Assembly: GCA_018655525.1 (NCBI GenBank)
Contig: JABIJM010000020.1
Coordinates: 14,091-78,090 of the forward strand
Reading direction: 5' to 3'
DNA from: Candidatus Woesearchaeota archaeon
GTDB taxonomy: Archaea > Nanobdellota > Nanobdellia > Woesearchaeales > GW2011-AR9
Length of the DNA stretch: 64,000 bases
A program made the position numbers and the translations under genes. This document shows, in pieces, positions 47,369 through 56,096 of this stretch (position 1 is the first letter of the stretch; each line of letters starts with the position of its first letter). A model generated the notes under the pieces. That model saw nothing but the letters and a program-made list of their open reading frames with translations, was not told where the DNA came from and ran no database searches.

Positions 47369-47446
47369 TTTCTTAGAACGTGTGAAGAAAATATATTTTA
47401 TTATCAATCAACTTCTAACTCAAATTTAAGTATCATAGAAAAGAAG

Positions 47447-47587
47447 CGCCCCCGCCGGGATTTGAACCCGAGTCACTGCCTGTCTTCGTGAGAAGGCCTC
47501 AGAAATCTGAGATTTCTCGCGCGAAAGGGCAGTATGATAGTTTATCCCTGATTCCAGAAAAATCAGTCCGGACTACACTACAGGGGC
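47447..47587 (-). tRNA. tRNA-Glu(UUC) with D-loop intron (47542-47567) and canonical 37/38 intron (47482-47521)
   Basis: Spliced: GCCCCTG TA GTGT AGTCCGGACTA TCAT A CTGCC CT TTC GA GGCAG TGAC TCGGG TTCAAAT CCCGG CGGGGGC G; BHB at both introns. Confidence 0.9.
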
Positions 47588-47642
47588 GTATTTATGCTCA
47601 AACAAGTCCCCTTTAAAAAGATTTCTGAAGATACACCTATTT

Positions 47643-47701
47643 TTCCTTTCGTAAACTGCAGTCACTAGCGTTCGGGAGTTTACTCAGTTCCTTTCGTAAA
47701 C
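47643..47701. repeat. 14-bp direct repeat flanking a 31-bp insert
   Basis: TTCCTTTCGTAAAC at 47643-47656 and 47688-47701. Confidence 0.7.
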
Positions 47702-47731
47702 CTTATAAACATACTTAGCCCCCACTTAAAT

Positions 47732-48085
47732 ATGAGTGAAAGGGTGGTTTTAGGACTTATTGAAAATATTGTTCTTCTAAATAATAATCAAGAAGAAAAG
47801 GTTACAGCTAGGATTGATACAGGTGCAACAACGTCTTCTATTGATCTGAATTTAGCTGAAAAATTAGGTCTTAAAGTTTCAGATAAGGAAAAAATTGTGA
47901 AATCTGCTTCTGGTATTGAAAAGAGACACATGGTTTTTGCACGGGTAAAAATAAAAGATTTAATGATTGAAGATTATTTTACATTAGCTGACAGACACCA
48001 TATGACATATTCTGTTTTGATTGGTCAAAATATTTTAAAACAAGGTGAATTTATTGTAGATCCTTTAAAGGAGGAAAATCAATGA
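47732..48085 (+). CDS. RimK-associated retropepsin-like protein (RimB/ATP-dependent Zn protease family)
   Basis: ARIDTGATTSSI, FTLADR..MTY.VLIG. Confidence 0.85.
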   Translation: MSERVVLGLIENIVLLNNNQEEKVTARIDTGATTSSIDLNLAEKLGLKVSDKEKIVKSASGIEKRHMVFARVKIKDLMIEDYFTLADRHHMTYSVLIGQNILKQGEFIVDPLKEENQ

Positions 48086-49176
48086 AGGCTGCGTTAATAT
48101 CTTTAGGAAGTAAAAGTTCTATGATGGCAGCGGATGCGATGAAGAAGTATTTTGATGAAGTTGATATGATTCAACTTCGTGATATTGAAGTGAGTTTAGG
48201 AAAAGAAAGTGATATTCTTTATCAAGGTGAACCAATGAAACAATATGATTGTGTGTTCTTGAAAGGGTCATTCAGATATGCACATATTTTACGTTCTATT
48301 GCATCAATGTTAGAAGGGAAGGTTGCATACATGCCAATTCCAGCTGATGCGTTTAGTACGGTTCATAATAAATTATTAACACATCTCATTATGCAACAAC
48401 ATAATATTCCGATGCCGAGAACGTATGTTTCTTCTACGGTAGAAGCTGCAAAGGAATTGTTGAATCGTGTGAGTTATCCAATTGTGATGAAATTTCCGGA
48501 AGGAACACAAGGGAAAGGAGTAATGTTTGCAGATTCTGTAAGTTCTGCTGTTTCGTTATTGGATGCATTAGTAGCATTAAATCAACCTGTAATTATTCAG
48601 GAATATGTTGAAACAGGTGGAACAGATATCCGTGCAATTGTTGTTGGTGATAAAGTTGTAGCATCTTACAAAAGAAGATCACAGAAAGAAGATAAGCGAT
48701 CAAACATCCATGCAGGTGGTTCAGGTGAACCAGTTCAATTAAGTTGGCAGGCTGCAAAAGTTGCAGTACAAACAGCAAAGGCATTAGGTGTGGACATGTG
48801 TGGTGTGGATATTTTGGAGAGTCCTTTAGGTCCTGTTGTGATAGAAGCTAATTTATCTCCTGGTTTACAAGGTATAAGTCAAATTTCTACAATAGACATT
48901 CCAGACGCTATGGCACGATTCATGTATGATCAAACGAAAAAAATAGTTGATAAGTCAAGGAATGTTGGTGCGGCTGCAGTATTACGTGATATTTCTTTAG
49001 ATCAACCTAAGAAAAAAGAAGGTAACGGTCATGCTATTATTTCTCCTTTGAAATTACGTGGAGATAGAATCATCTTACCTGAGTTTGTAAATAAAATGGC
49101 GAAATTTTCTGAATCTAAAGAATATTCAATTAAAGCTTCTAAAGGCAGTGTTATCATTGAAGAATTTGATATGTGA
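48082..49176 (+). CDS. RimK/LysX family ATP-grasp ligase with C-terminal AbrB-like extension
   Basis: NKLLT, PIVMK..GTQGKGV, QEYV, DIRAIV, RSNIHAGG, GVDIL, EANLSPG. Confidence 0.9.
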   Translation: MKAALISLGSKSSMMAADAMKKYFDEVDMIQLRDIEVSLGKESDILYQGEPMKQYDCVFLKGSFRYAHILRSIASMLEGKVAYMPIPADAFSTVHNKLLTHLIMQQHNIPMPRTYVSSTVEAAKELLNRVSYPIVMKFPEGTQGKGVMFADSVSSAVSLLDALVALNQPVIIQEYVETGGTDIRAIVVGDKVVASYKRRSQKEDKRSNIHAGGSGEPVQLSWQAAKVAVQTAKALGVDMCGVDILESPLGPVVIEANLSPGLQGISQISTIDIPDAMARFMYDQTKKIVDKSRNVGAAAVLRDISLDQPKKKEGNGHAIISPLKLRGDRIILPEFVNKMAKFSESKEYSIKASKGSVIIEEFDM

Positions 49177-49178
49177 AA

Positions 49179-49475
49179 TTATTTCTTAGATTCTTTTTTA
49201 GCTGGTTTCTTAACTGCTTTTCTTTTAACAGATTCTACAATTACTTCTTCAATTTGTTCAGGATCTTTCCGTGGTTTGAATCCTAGAAGATAAATAATTG
49301 GAAGAAGTCCTGCTGTGTTTAATAAGAACATAACTACAAACCATCCTTTCTGATTGTGCTTACCAGCATGCCATAATGCAATGCCTTTCCAGATCATAGT
49401 CCATGCAATTAATGCAATTAATGTTAATGTAACATATCCCGGAGATTGATATATTTGATTTAAGTACCATACCAT
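49179..49475 (-). CDS. Small membrane protein (DUF5652-like)
   Basis: WTMIWKGIALWHA...WF...LNTAGLLPIIYL. Confidence 0.75.
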   Translation of the reverse strand: MVWYLNQIYQSPGYVTLTLIALIAWTMIWKGIALWHAGKHNQKGWFVVMFLLNTAGLLPIIYLLGFKPRKDPEQIEEVIVESVKRKAVKKPAKKESKK

Positions 49476-49573
49476 GTTGTATTTTTTAGGTTGAAGTGTA
49501 TATAAAGATTGTTGTGTTTAAGTAAACTTTTATAAACAAAAACATCCTCCTATTGTCTATAAAGAGGTACTAG

Positions 49574-51733
49574 ATGAAGTTCTTAGATTGGTTCACAGGA
49601 AAGAAGAAGGTTGAAGGGAATGTTTCTGTACAGAAAGTACATCCCGAAAGTAAGATCCCTCCTCATGCAAAAGTTATGAATAATCAAGTTAAACCTGTTT
49701 CTCAACCAAATCCTAAAACCGTGAATCAAAAGATTACAGCTCCTCTTGCAAAAATCACCGAATTTACTGGCGCAACTGGAAAGAAGAAGATTGGGTATTG
49801 GGTGATTGTGTTTATTCTTATCAACTCAATTTTAGGTTCGTCATTATTTTATCTTCCATCTCAAGGTGTGCTTAGTTCAGGTGCTGCGTCAATTATTGCA
49901 TGGATTGTTTTATTCATCATGGCATCATGGATCATGTTGTACATCGGTGAATTGATTACTACGTATCCTAGTTCTGGAGGAACGTATGAATATTGTAAAC
50001 GTGCATATGGAAGATTTGGATCGTTTTCTGCTGGTTGGTTAATTTGGCTAGCAGGAAATTTTGGAATGGCATTAAACATTGTAGCTGCAGCCGAATATTT
50101 TATTCCTGGTCCGCCTCAAGGAGGGGTTTTAATTTTACGTATTGTATTTGCATTAGTCTGGATCATTGCATTAAATTTCATGGCATTCCGTGGAATAGAT
50201 GCAGGTACAACGATGTTGCTTGTGTTTGGAGTGATTGCTACCTTCGTATTATTATTAATGACATTCCCTTCATTCATTGATTTTGGTGCAATTTTACAAG
50301 GCACATTTAAGTCACCATTTAATCCTGCATATATGCAGCCATTCTTTCAAGGTGTTGGAGGAGTTGGATTTTTTGCGGGATTAGGTTTATCATTATTTTT
50401 AATCAGTGAAGCATTCTTAGGTTTTGAAACTGTAACTTATCTTGCAAATGAAGTTAAAGATCCTAAGAAGTTACATAAACCACTTATTGCTGCAATTATT
50501 ATTTGTGGTGTTTTAATGAGTCTATATGTTTTTTCATCCTTGGGAATTGTGCGTTATTCTGATTATGTTCAAGATGCACGTCCGTTTGCTCTACAGGCAT
50601 TACAAACAATGGGACAGAAGGGACAAGACCTTGTTGTCTTTGGCATGTATCTTGTAATCATTGGAGCTGCTGCTGCATGGCCAATTACTGGAGGACGATT
50701 AATCCAAGCGATGGCAAAAGATAAATTGTTCATCACACATTTTGCGGTATTACATCCAAAACATAAATCTCCACATAGAGCAGTATATTTTCAAACTCTA
50801 GCCGTATCAATCTTTACATTTGTGTTATTTAGAGGATACTATGTCGCATGGAAGGATCCTTATCGAACAGTGTATTTGATTTATGTGTTGCTTAGTTTAT
50901 TGGTTATTGGAATGGTTTTGTTAACTGTACCAATATTACGAAGAAAAGATCCTTTAGCTGAACGTCCATTTAAAGCACCATTTGGTACAATTGGTCCAAT
51001 TATATTATCTTTAATATTTGCAGTTCTTATTGGAAATTGGATTATGATTGAACACGCCGTTGCAACGACCATTATGTCTTTAACTGCATCTTTTATGTTT
51101 GTTGGCATCCCATTTTATTTCATGGTAGAAATGTTCTTTAATCCTAATGCAATCAGAGAAATGAATGATAAATTATCATTTTTTTCAGGAATGTTTGAAA
51201 AAGTATTTTATCCGTTTTCTATTAGAAGAAAGTTGTTGAAAGAGATGGGTGATATGCGTGGGAAAGTAATTCTAGAACATGGTTGTTCTGTTGGGTTGTT
51301 AACAGAAAGGTTAGCGAAGAAAGTTGGCCCAAAAGGAAAGGTTATCGCAACAGATTTTTCTTTACATAAAGTCAAGAAAGCAGATAAACGTACAAAAAAT
51401 ATTGCACATGTTACAGTCCACCATCATCCTAATTTGAAGGATTTTACGTTGGAATTGAAAGAACAAGTAGATGGTATTATTTCTGTAGGAATGCTTTCTT
51501 ATATGCAAGAACCAGCAAAAATGTTGAAAAGTATGGCTCAACATGTGAAGAAAGGTGGAGAAGTAGTATTTTTAGATTTTGATAAATTCTTTTATATAAT
51601 TCCAAACGTAAAATGGGTGCAATCTGATGCTCAATTGATTGGGATCTTTAAGCAAGCTGGATTTGATGTGAAGGTTGAGAGAAAGAATGGACTTCTTTGG
51701 AAGTACATTAATGTATTTGGTGTTAAGGTTTGA
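49574..51733 (+). CDS. APC-family amino acid permease fused to a class I SAM-methyltransferase-like domain
   Basis: GSSLF, EL...YPSSGGTYEY, FLGFE, ERPFKAP; C-terminal VILEHGCSVG, VIATDFS, KKGGEVVFLD. Confidence 0.85.
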   Translation: MKFLDWFTGKKKVEGNVSVQKVHPESKIPPHAKVMNNQVKPVSQPNPKTVNQKITAPLAKITEFTGATGKKKIGYWVIVFILINSILGSSLFYLPSQGVLSSGAASIIAWIVLFIMASWIMLYIGELITTYPSSGGTYEYCKRAYGRFGSFSAGWLIWLAGNFGMALNIVAAAEYFIPGPPQGGVLILRIVFALVWIIALNFMAFRGIDAGTTMLLVFGVIATFVLLLMTFPSFIDFGAILQGTFKSPFNPAYMQPFFQGVGGVGFFAGLGLSLFLISEAFLGFETVTYLANEVKDPKKLHKPLIAAIIICGVLMSLYVFSSLGIVRYSDYVQDARPFALQALQTMGQKGQDLVVFGMYLVIIGAAAAWPITGGRLIQAMAKDKLFITHFAVLHPKHKSPHRAVYFQTLAVSIFTFVLFRGYYVAWKDPYRTVYLIYVLLSLLVIGMVLLTVPILRRKDPLAERPFKAPFGTIGPIILSLIFAVLIGNWIMIEHAVATTIMSLTASFMFVGIPFYFMVEMFFNPNAIREMNDKLSFFSGMFEKVFYPFSIRRKLLKEMGDMRGKVILEHGCSVGLLTERLAKKVGPKGKVIATDFSLHKVKKADKRTKNIAHVTVHHHPNLKDFTLELKEQVDGIISVGMLSYMQEPAKMLKSMAQHVKKGGEVVFLDFDKFFYIIPNVKWVQSDAQLIGIFKQAGFDVKVERKNGLLWKYINVFGVKV

Positions 51734-51739
51734 TAATAT

Positions 51740-52534
51740 TCAATTAAATATCTCTTTGATTAATTTTCCATCCCAGTAATCTTTCTTTTCAAGATTTAAG
51801 ATATGGGTAATTGTTGGAGTGATATCCACAATACTACTAAATTTAATAGTTTTATTTTGATTTACATTTGGACCAACAATAACAAAAAATGTTTCTTTTT
51901 CTTCAGGAGTATTTCCACCGTGATTCCTTTTAATACCCCCGTGATCTGATGTAATTATTAAAGTTGTATTTTCCATCAACTTTTTTTGATGTAAAAGATC
52001 AACCAATTTCTTTACTTTAGAATCTGTTCTTCTTGCCATCCAGTTGTACAGCTTAGACCCATATCCAAAAATATGACCAAAAACATCTACAAGATCAAAA
52101 TGAAGAAATAGAAAATCAGGTTGTTTTTTATTTATTTGTGAGATTGCATTTCTAAGAGATCCTTGATCACTAAGAGACCATTTTGTATGGTAAGAACTTT
52201 TCAGAACAATATTTTTTTCTATAGATCTTTTTACAGATCCAGAATAAAAAATGGAAAAGTCTTTTTTGGTGTTATATAAGAAATCTAATATTGTAGGAAA
52301 GGGTAAAGATTTATCCCTCCGTGATTTCCAATTTTCATCAACAATTCCATGTTTTTTAGAATCTACCCCTGATAATAAAGAGGTCCAATTTGGAGCACTA
52401 GTAGTAATAGCAACATTTTCCATTTTTGTAGTATAAGTTCCTTTCTTAAAAAGACTAGAAATAAAAGGAGCATTCTGAGAATTAATATATCTCCCCCCTA
52501 AACCATCAATCCCTACAACAATAACTTTTACCAA
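51740..52534 (-). CDS. Alkaline phosphatase superfamily (NPP-like) protein
   Basis: GIDG, TSAPNWTSLLSG...HGI, DVFGH, TSDHGG, H. Confidence 0.88.
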   Translation of the reverse strand: MVKVIVVGIDGLGGRYINSQNAPFISSLFKKGTYTTKMENVAITTSAPNWTSLLSGVDSKKHGIVDENWKSRRDKSLPFPTILDFLYNTKKDFSIFYSGSVKRSIEKNIVLKSSYHTKWSLSDQGSLRNAISQINKKQPDFLFLHFDLVDVFGHIFGYGSKLYNWMARRTDSKVKKLVDLLHQKKLMENTTLIITSDHGGIKRNHGGNTPEEKETFFVIVGPNVNQNKTIKFSSIVDITPTITHILNLEKKDYWDGKLIKEIFN

Positions 52535-52559
52535 TTTAAATTTATTAAGAAGAAGTCAT

Positions 52560-53432
52560 TTAATTAACTTTCTTATTTCGTTTCACTGCTTTTCCACATT
52601 GTTTACAGAACTTGGCATCTGTATCGTGTTCTATTAAACCGCATTTTTTACATGTTGACTTCGTTTTACCAGAAGTAGAGATTACAATCTTCAAGAGTTT
52701 TCCTAATTGCCATGGGATTAATGCGATTCCTGAAAGGATCATGATAACGGTTGTAATACGACCCCAGGCTGATACAGGCGTTATGTCTCCATAACCAACT
52801 GTTGACATGGTCACAATCGCAAAATACATTGCTTTCCAGATGGATCCAAATTCTCCTGGATTAATTTTATTTTCAATTGCCCATAGGAATCCAGAAGAGA
52901 CAAAGACAATTGTAAATATCGTTAATACAATTCTAATAATTACCAGTTGTGTATCACTTAGCTGTCCAAACATCGTGTTCTTAGATTTAAAGATTCTCTG
53001 AAACCGAAGAATCCGTAAGATTCTAAAGAGTCGTAAGATTCTGAAAATTCTAAGGAAACTTAGGTTAATGAAGTTTACTGCTACTGGCAAGATTGCAAGA
53101 AGATCTATAATACTATAAATATTGAAGAAATGTTTCGTTTTCCTTTCTGCAACCCACATTCTTGCGGCATATTCTAAGATGAAGATACCAACTAAAAATA
53201 ATTCTGCAGTATGGAGGAAAGTTTGTGTTGCATCTGAGATGTTATGAGTTTCTATAACAAATAAAACGATTGCAAGGAAGTTTAGGAAGAATAAAGTTCC
53301 TTCAATCCTTCGTCCATGTTTTGATCCATAATTATCTAAATGTAAGTGAAGGTATTTCTGTACTTTTTGATGTATCTTTATATCTATTTTATCTTCATCT
53401 GTTAATTTACGAGAAGATTTACGTTTAGCCAT
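52560..53432 (-). CDS. Voltage-gated K+ channel (6TM) with C-terminal Zn ribbon
   Basis: S4 FLRIFRILRLFRILR, filter TVGYGD, CKKCG...CKQCG. Confidence 0.93.
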   Translation of the reverse strand: MAKRKSSRKLTDEDKIDIKIHQKVQKYLHLHLDNYGSKHGRRIEGTLFFLNFLAIVLFVIETHNISDATQTFLHTAELFLVGIFILEYAARMWVAERKTKHFFNIYSIIDLLAILPVAVNFINLSFLRIFRILRLFRILRILRFQRIFKSKNTMFGQLSDTQLVIIRIVLTIFTIVFVSSGFLWAIENKINPGEFGSIWKAMYFAIVTMSTVGYGDITPVSAWGRITTVIMILSGIALIPWQLGKLLKIVISTSGKTKSTCKKCGLIEHDTDAKFCKQCGKAVKRNKKVN

Positions 53433-54050
53433 TTACTTCCTCTTTCTAAGATTAGGTTTTGTACCTTTTCTTCTATGCGTTTTCCATTTACGTTTTGCTA
53501 AATGGTGTTTGGAATCAAACTGTGAAAATAAACGTGATTTTGTTACAACCCTAATTGACCTTGCACCTAATCTTAAAAATTTTGTAAATTTTCCTGTACG
53601 AGATGCAACTTGAATACCTTTTCGTGCTTCCAAACTTTCATGAAGAATCGCTTGACCTATAGCTAATCTTGAACCAGCAGCCACAACCTTAAAGAATTTT
53701 GTTAAAAGAGTAAATGCTAATGCAAGTGGAAAAATTGCAATGATATCCAACCAATAACTTTTGAAGAAAAATGACACAGATTTTGCTTTAATTGCAAGGA
53801 ATGTTAAATCCACAACAAAGACTGCAATGACAAAGTAATCTAAAGCTAAAATATATGTGTGATAGTGATGTGCAAAATCACTAAAATAAGGAACCAACTC
53901 CACTACAATTACAAATAATAAAACAACAATCGCGGGAGTGATTAATTTTGCATTATAATGTTCAACTTTTTCCCAGAAGCCATGTAATTCATGAACAGAA
54001 GGATGTAATTTCTTTTTAGAAGGTTTTTTTACAGCTTTCTTTTTAGCCAT
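53433..54050 (-). CDS. Voltage-sensor-like membrane protein without pore domain
   Basis: S2 DYFVIAVFVVDL, S3 YWLDIIAIFP, basic KFLRLGARSIRV; no GYG filter. Confidence 0.6.
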   Translation of the reverse strand: MAKKKAVKKPSKKKLHPSVHELHGFWEKVEHYNAKLITPAIVVLLFVIVVELVPYFSDFAHHYHTYILALDYFVIAVFVVDLTFLAIKAKSVSFFFKSYWLDIIAIFPLALAFTLLTKFFKVVAAGSRLAIGQAILHESLEARKGIQVASRTGKFTKFLRLGARSIRVVTKSRLFSQFDSKHHLAKRKWKTHRRKGTKPNLRKRK

Positions 54051-54051
54051 G

Positions 54052-54927
54052 TTACTTTCTCCGTTTTTGCTTTTTAGCTAAATTATCAATATTCTTTAAA
54101 TCTTCAACAATATCAGACGCAATAAACGAATATCCTTTCTTTTTCTTAAGAAGCATATCTCCAACTAAACCATTGAGGTATGCTGCAGCAACTGCACTTT
54201 TGAATAAGTCTTGGGACTTTGCAAGAAATCCTACTGCAAGTCCTGCAAGGACGTCACCTGTCCCTCCTTTCGTCATACCTTGATTACCAGTTCTGTTATA
54301 TGAAATTTTGTTTCGTGAAATAATAATGTCTGTTGGACCTTTTAAAAGGAGAACATTGTTATTTTGAAGAAAGTATCGTAAGTTACCTTGAAGAATTTCT
54401 GCTTTTTCTTTTACATGTGCTTCTCGTAATTTAGGGATTAAGAAATCTTTCCCACTATTTGCAAGCATCATTTCTAATTCTGTTTCATGTGGCGTTATAA
54501 TGGAATTTTGAAAATCTTTGAATCCCATTGATTTCAATGCATCAGCATCAATTACTTTTGGCCATGGACATTTTTTGATGAAGTATTGTGCAAATTTATC
54601 TCCTTTTCTGGTCATACCATTTCCAAGAAGTACTGCATCAAAGTGTTCCACAAGCCGCACCATTTCTTTTGCTTGTTTAACGGTATAAAGATTTCCTTTG
54701 ATTTTCTTTGTGATTAAATCTGGAGCATACCTATTTACGGTCCATGCCACTTTATCTTGTGCTGCAATTGTAACAATGTCACATCCGGATCTTAAAGCTC
54801 CAAGACCTGCTAATGTTAACGCACCTACAAAATCTTCAGAACCGCCAATGATTAATGCTCTTCCATTTTCTCCTTTACGTGAGTTCTTCTTACGGTCCAT
54901 TAATTTTTTAACGTAGTTGAGGTTCAT
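54052..54927 (-). CDS. nnrD: NAD(P)HX dehydratase
   Basis: KGENGRALIIGGS, IDADAL, ITPHETE, LKG, GGTGDVLAG. Confidence 0.92.
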   Translation of the reverse strand: MNLNYVKKLMDRKKNSRKGENGRALIIGGSEDFVGALTLAGLGALRSGCDIVTIAAQDKVAWTVNRYAPDLITKKIKGNLYTVKQAKEMVRLVEHFDAVLLGNGMTRKGDKFAQYFIKKCPWPKVIDADALKSMGFKDFQNSIITPHETELEMMLANSGKDFLIPKLREAHVKEKAEILQGNLRYFLQNNNVLLLKGPTDIIISRNKISYNRTGNQGMTKGGTGDVLAGLAVGFLAKSQDLFKSAVAAAYLNGLVGDMLLKKKKGYSFIASDIVEDLKNIDNLAKKQKRRK

Positions 54928-55086
54928 TTATAAAAGAAAATGTCTATTTTGAGGTTTATATAGTTTTATTGTAATCCTAAAGTAAGAAAAGTGATTTTTG
55001 TATGCGTTTATTTAAATGAAAAAACAAAAAAGGTGTATTTAAGTTTACAAAAATCTTTTAAAGGGATGTTGTTATTAGAGCTTTGT

Positions 55087-55225
55087 GGGCCTGTAGCTCA
55101 GTCTGGTCTAGAGCGCTGATTCCTAAAGGAAGCGTAAGTCTTATATGAATGCTCTTGATTCAGATTACAACATCAAGAGTATCTAAGCCAGCCAGAGGTC
55201 GAGGGTTCAAATCCCGCCAGGCCCA
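55087..55225 (+). tRNA. tRNA-Ile(UAU) with introns at 29/30 (55119-55137) and 37/38 (55146-55189)
   Basis: Spliced: GGGCCTG TA GCTC AGTCTGGTCTA GAGC G CTGGT CT TAT AA GCCAG AGGTC GAGGG TTCAAAT CCCGC CAGGCCC A; BHB helices GCGC/GCGT and CTTA/TAAG. Confidence 0.88.
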
Positions 55226-55928
55226 CTTTTTTTTTGAATTTTTTTTTGTTATTATATCCAATTATCTCAAGCCATTTGGTTACTCGCTTAAATCCGTGAA
55301 TTGATATTGTATGAGAGATGTAAGTTTTACTACTTCGTTTATCATATCTTTTTATATCAAGAAGAATAGAATTTTGAATATTTAACTTTATAAAAAGTTT
55401 TTGAAGATCAATAATTAAATTCTTACTTGAAAAATCTCCTTGTAAACTTGGATAAGGGCCGTTACTTCGTTTACGAATTATTAAGCTAAAATCCGTATCA
55501 ATTAGACCTCTTAGAAAACCAGCGATTATTTCTTTGTTATTTGATACCATAATAATGTTTGGAACACAAATATCTTTCTTTGTACCTATTGGAAGTCCAA
55601 TTACTTTAGTATAAAAATTTGCAAGAGCAAAAGAGTAAATCCTAAGTCTTAATTCGTTACCTTTTTGCCTCAATGTTCCTTTTTGAATATTGTATAATTC
55701 TCTCTTAAGGTTCATGATATGCGTCATATGACTTTTTTCATCAATATGTCCAGAATAGATAAATTCAAAAGTTTTACAACTTCCAGCCAGATAAAGAGAT
55801 CCATCACCTAAATGAATTCCAATATCTTCGGATAACTTAGGTGTTAGAACTTCTGGAATTACAATTCCTTTTTCTATATCTCTTCTACTATAAACTACAT
55901 TTGATAAATTTAATTTTTCCATTTTCAC
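55173..55928 (-). CDS. Free-standing double-motif LAGLIDADG endonuclease-like protein; 3' end antisense to tRNA-Ile
   Basis: EDIGIHLGDG and FLRGLIDTDF; tail VGLAGFEPSTSG is the tRNA antisense; stop lies in the 37/38 intron. Confidence 0.88.
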   Translation of the reverse strand: MKMEKLNLSNVVYSRRDIEKGIVIPEVLTPKLSEDIGIHLGDGSLYLAGSCKTFEFIYSGHIDEKSHMTHIMNLKRELYNIQKGTLRQKGNELRLRIYSFALANFYTKVIGLPIGTKKDICVPNIIMVSNNKEIIAGFLRGLIDTDFSLIIRKRSNGPYPSLQGDFSSKNLIIDLQKLFIKLNIQNSILLDIKRYDKRSSKTYISHTISIHGFKRVTKWLEIIGYNNKKKFKKKVGLAGFEPSTSGWLRYS

Positions 55929-55948
55929 TAAACTAAATGGAAAAATTG

Positions 55949-55978
55949 ATTTATAAATTCTATCCGTACTTGTCTAGT
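55949..55978 (-). promoter_or_regulatory. Conserved motif plus TATA box upstream of LAGLIDADG gene 2
   Basis: ACTAGACAAGTACGGATAGAATTTATAAAT on - strand; extra CACTAGACAA copies nearby. Confidence 0.8.
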
Positions 55979-56096
55979 TGTCTAGTGGTTTATAAAAAAA
56001 CCTATGAGAGTTAAAAATTCTTTAGAATTAGGTCCTATAGCACTAGACAATTATTTCAGAATTCCATAACCACATTTGAAAACGAGGATTTGGAAT

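Noticed and set aside
47643-47701. Possible mini-CRISPR
   Set aside because: Only two 14-bp repeats and no cas genes in the window
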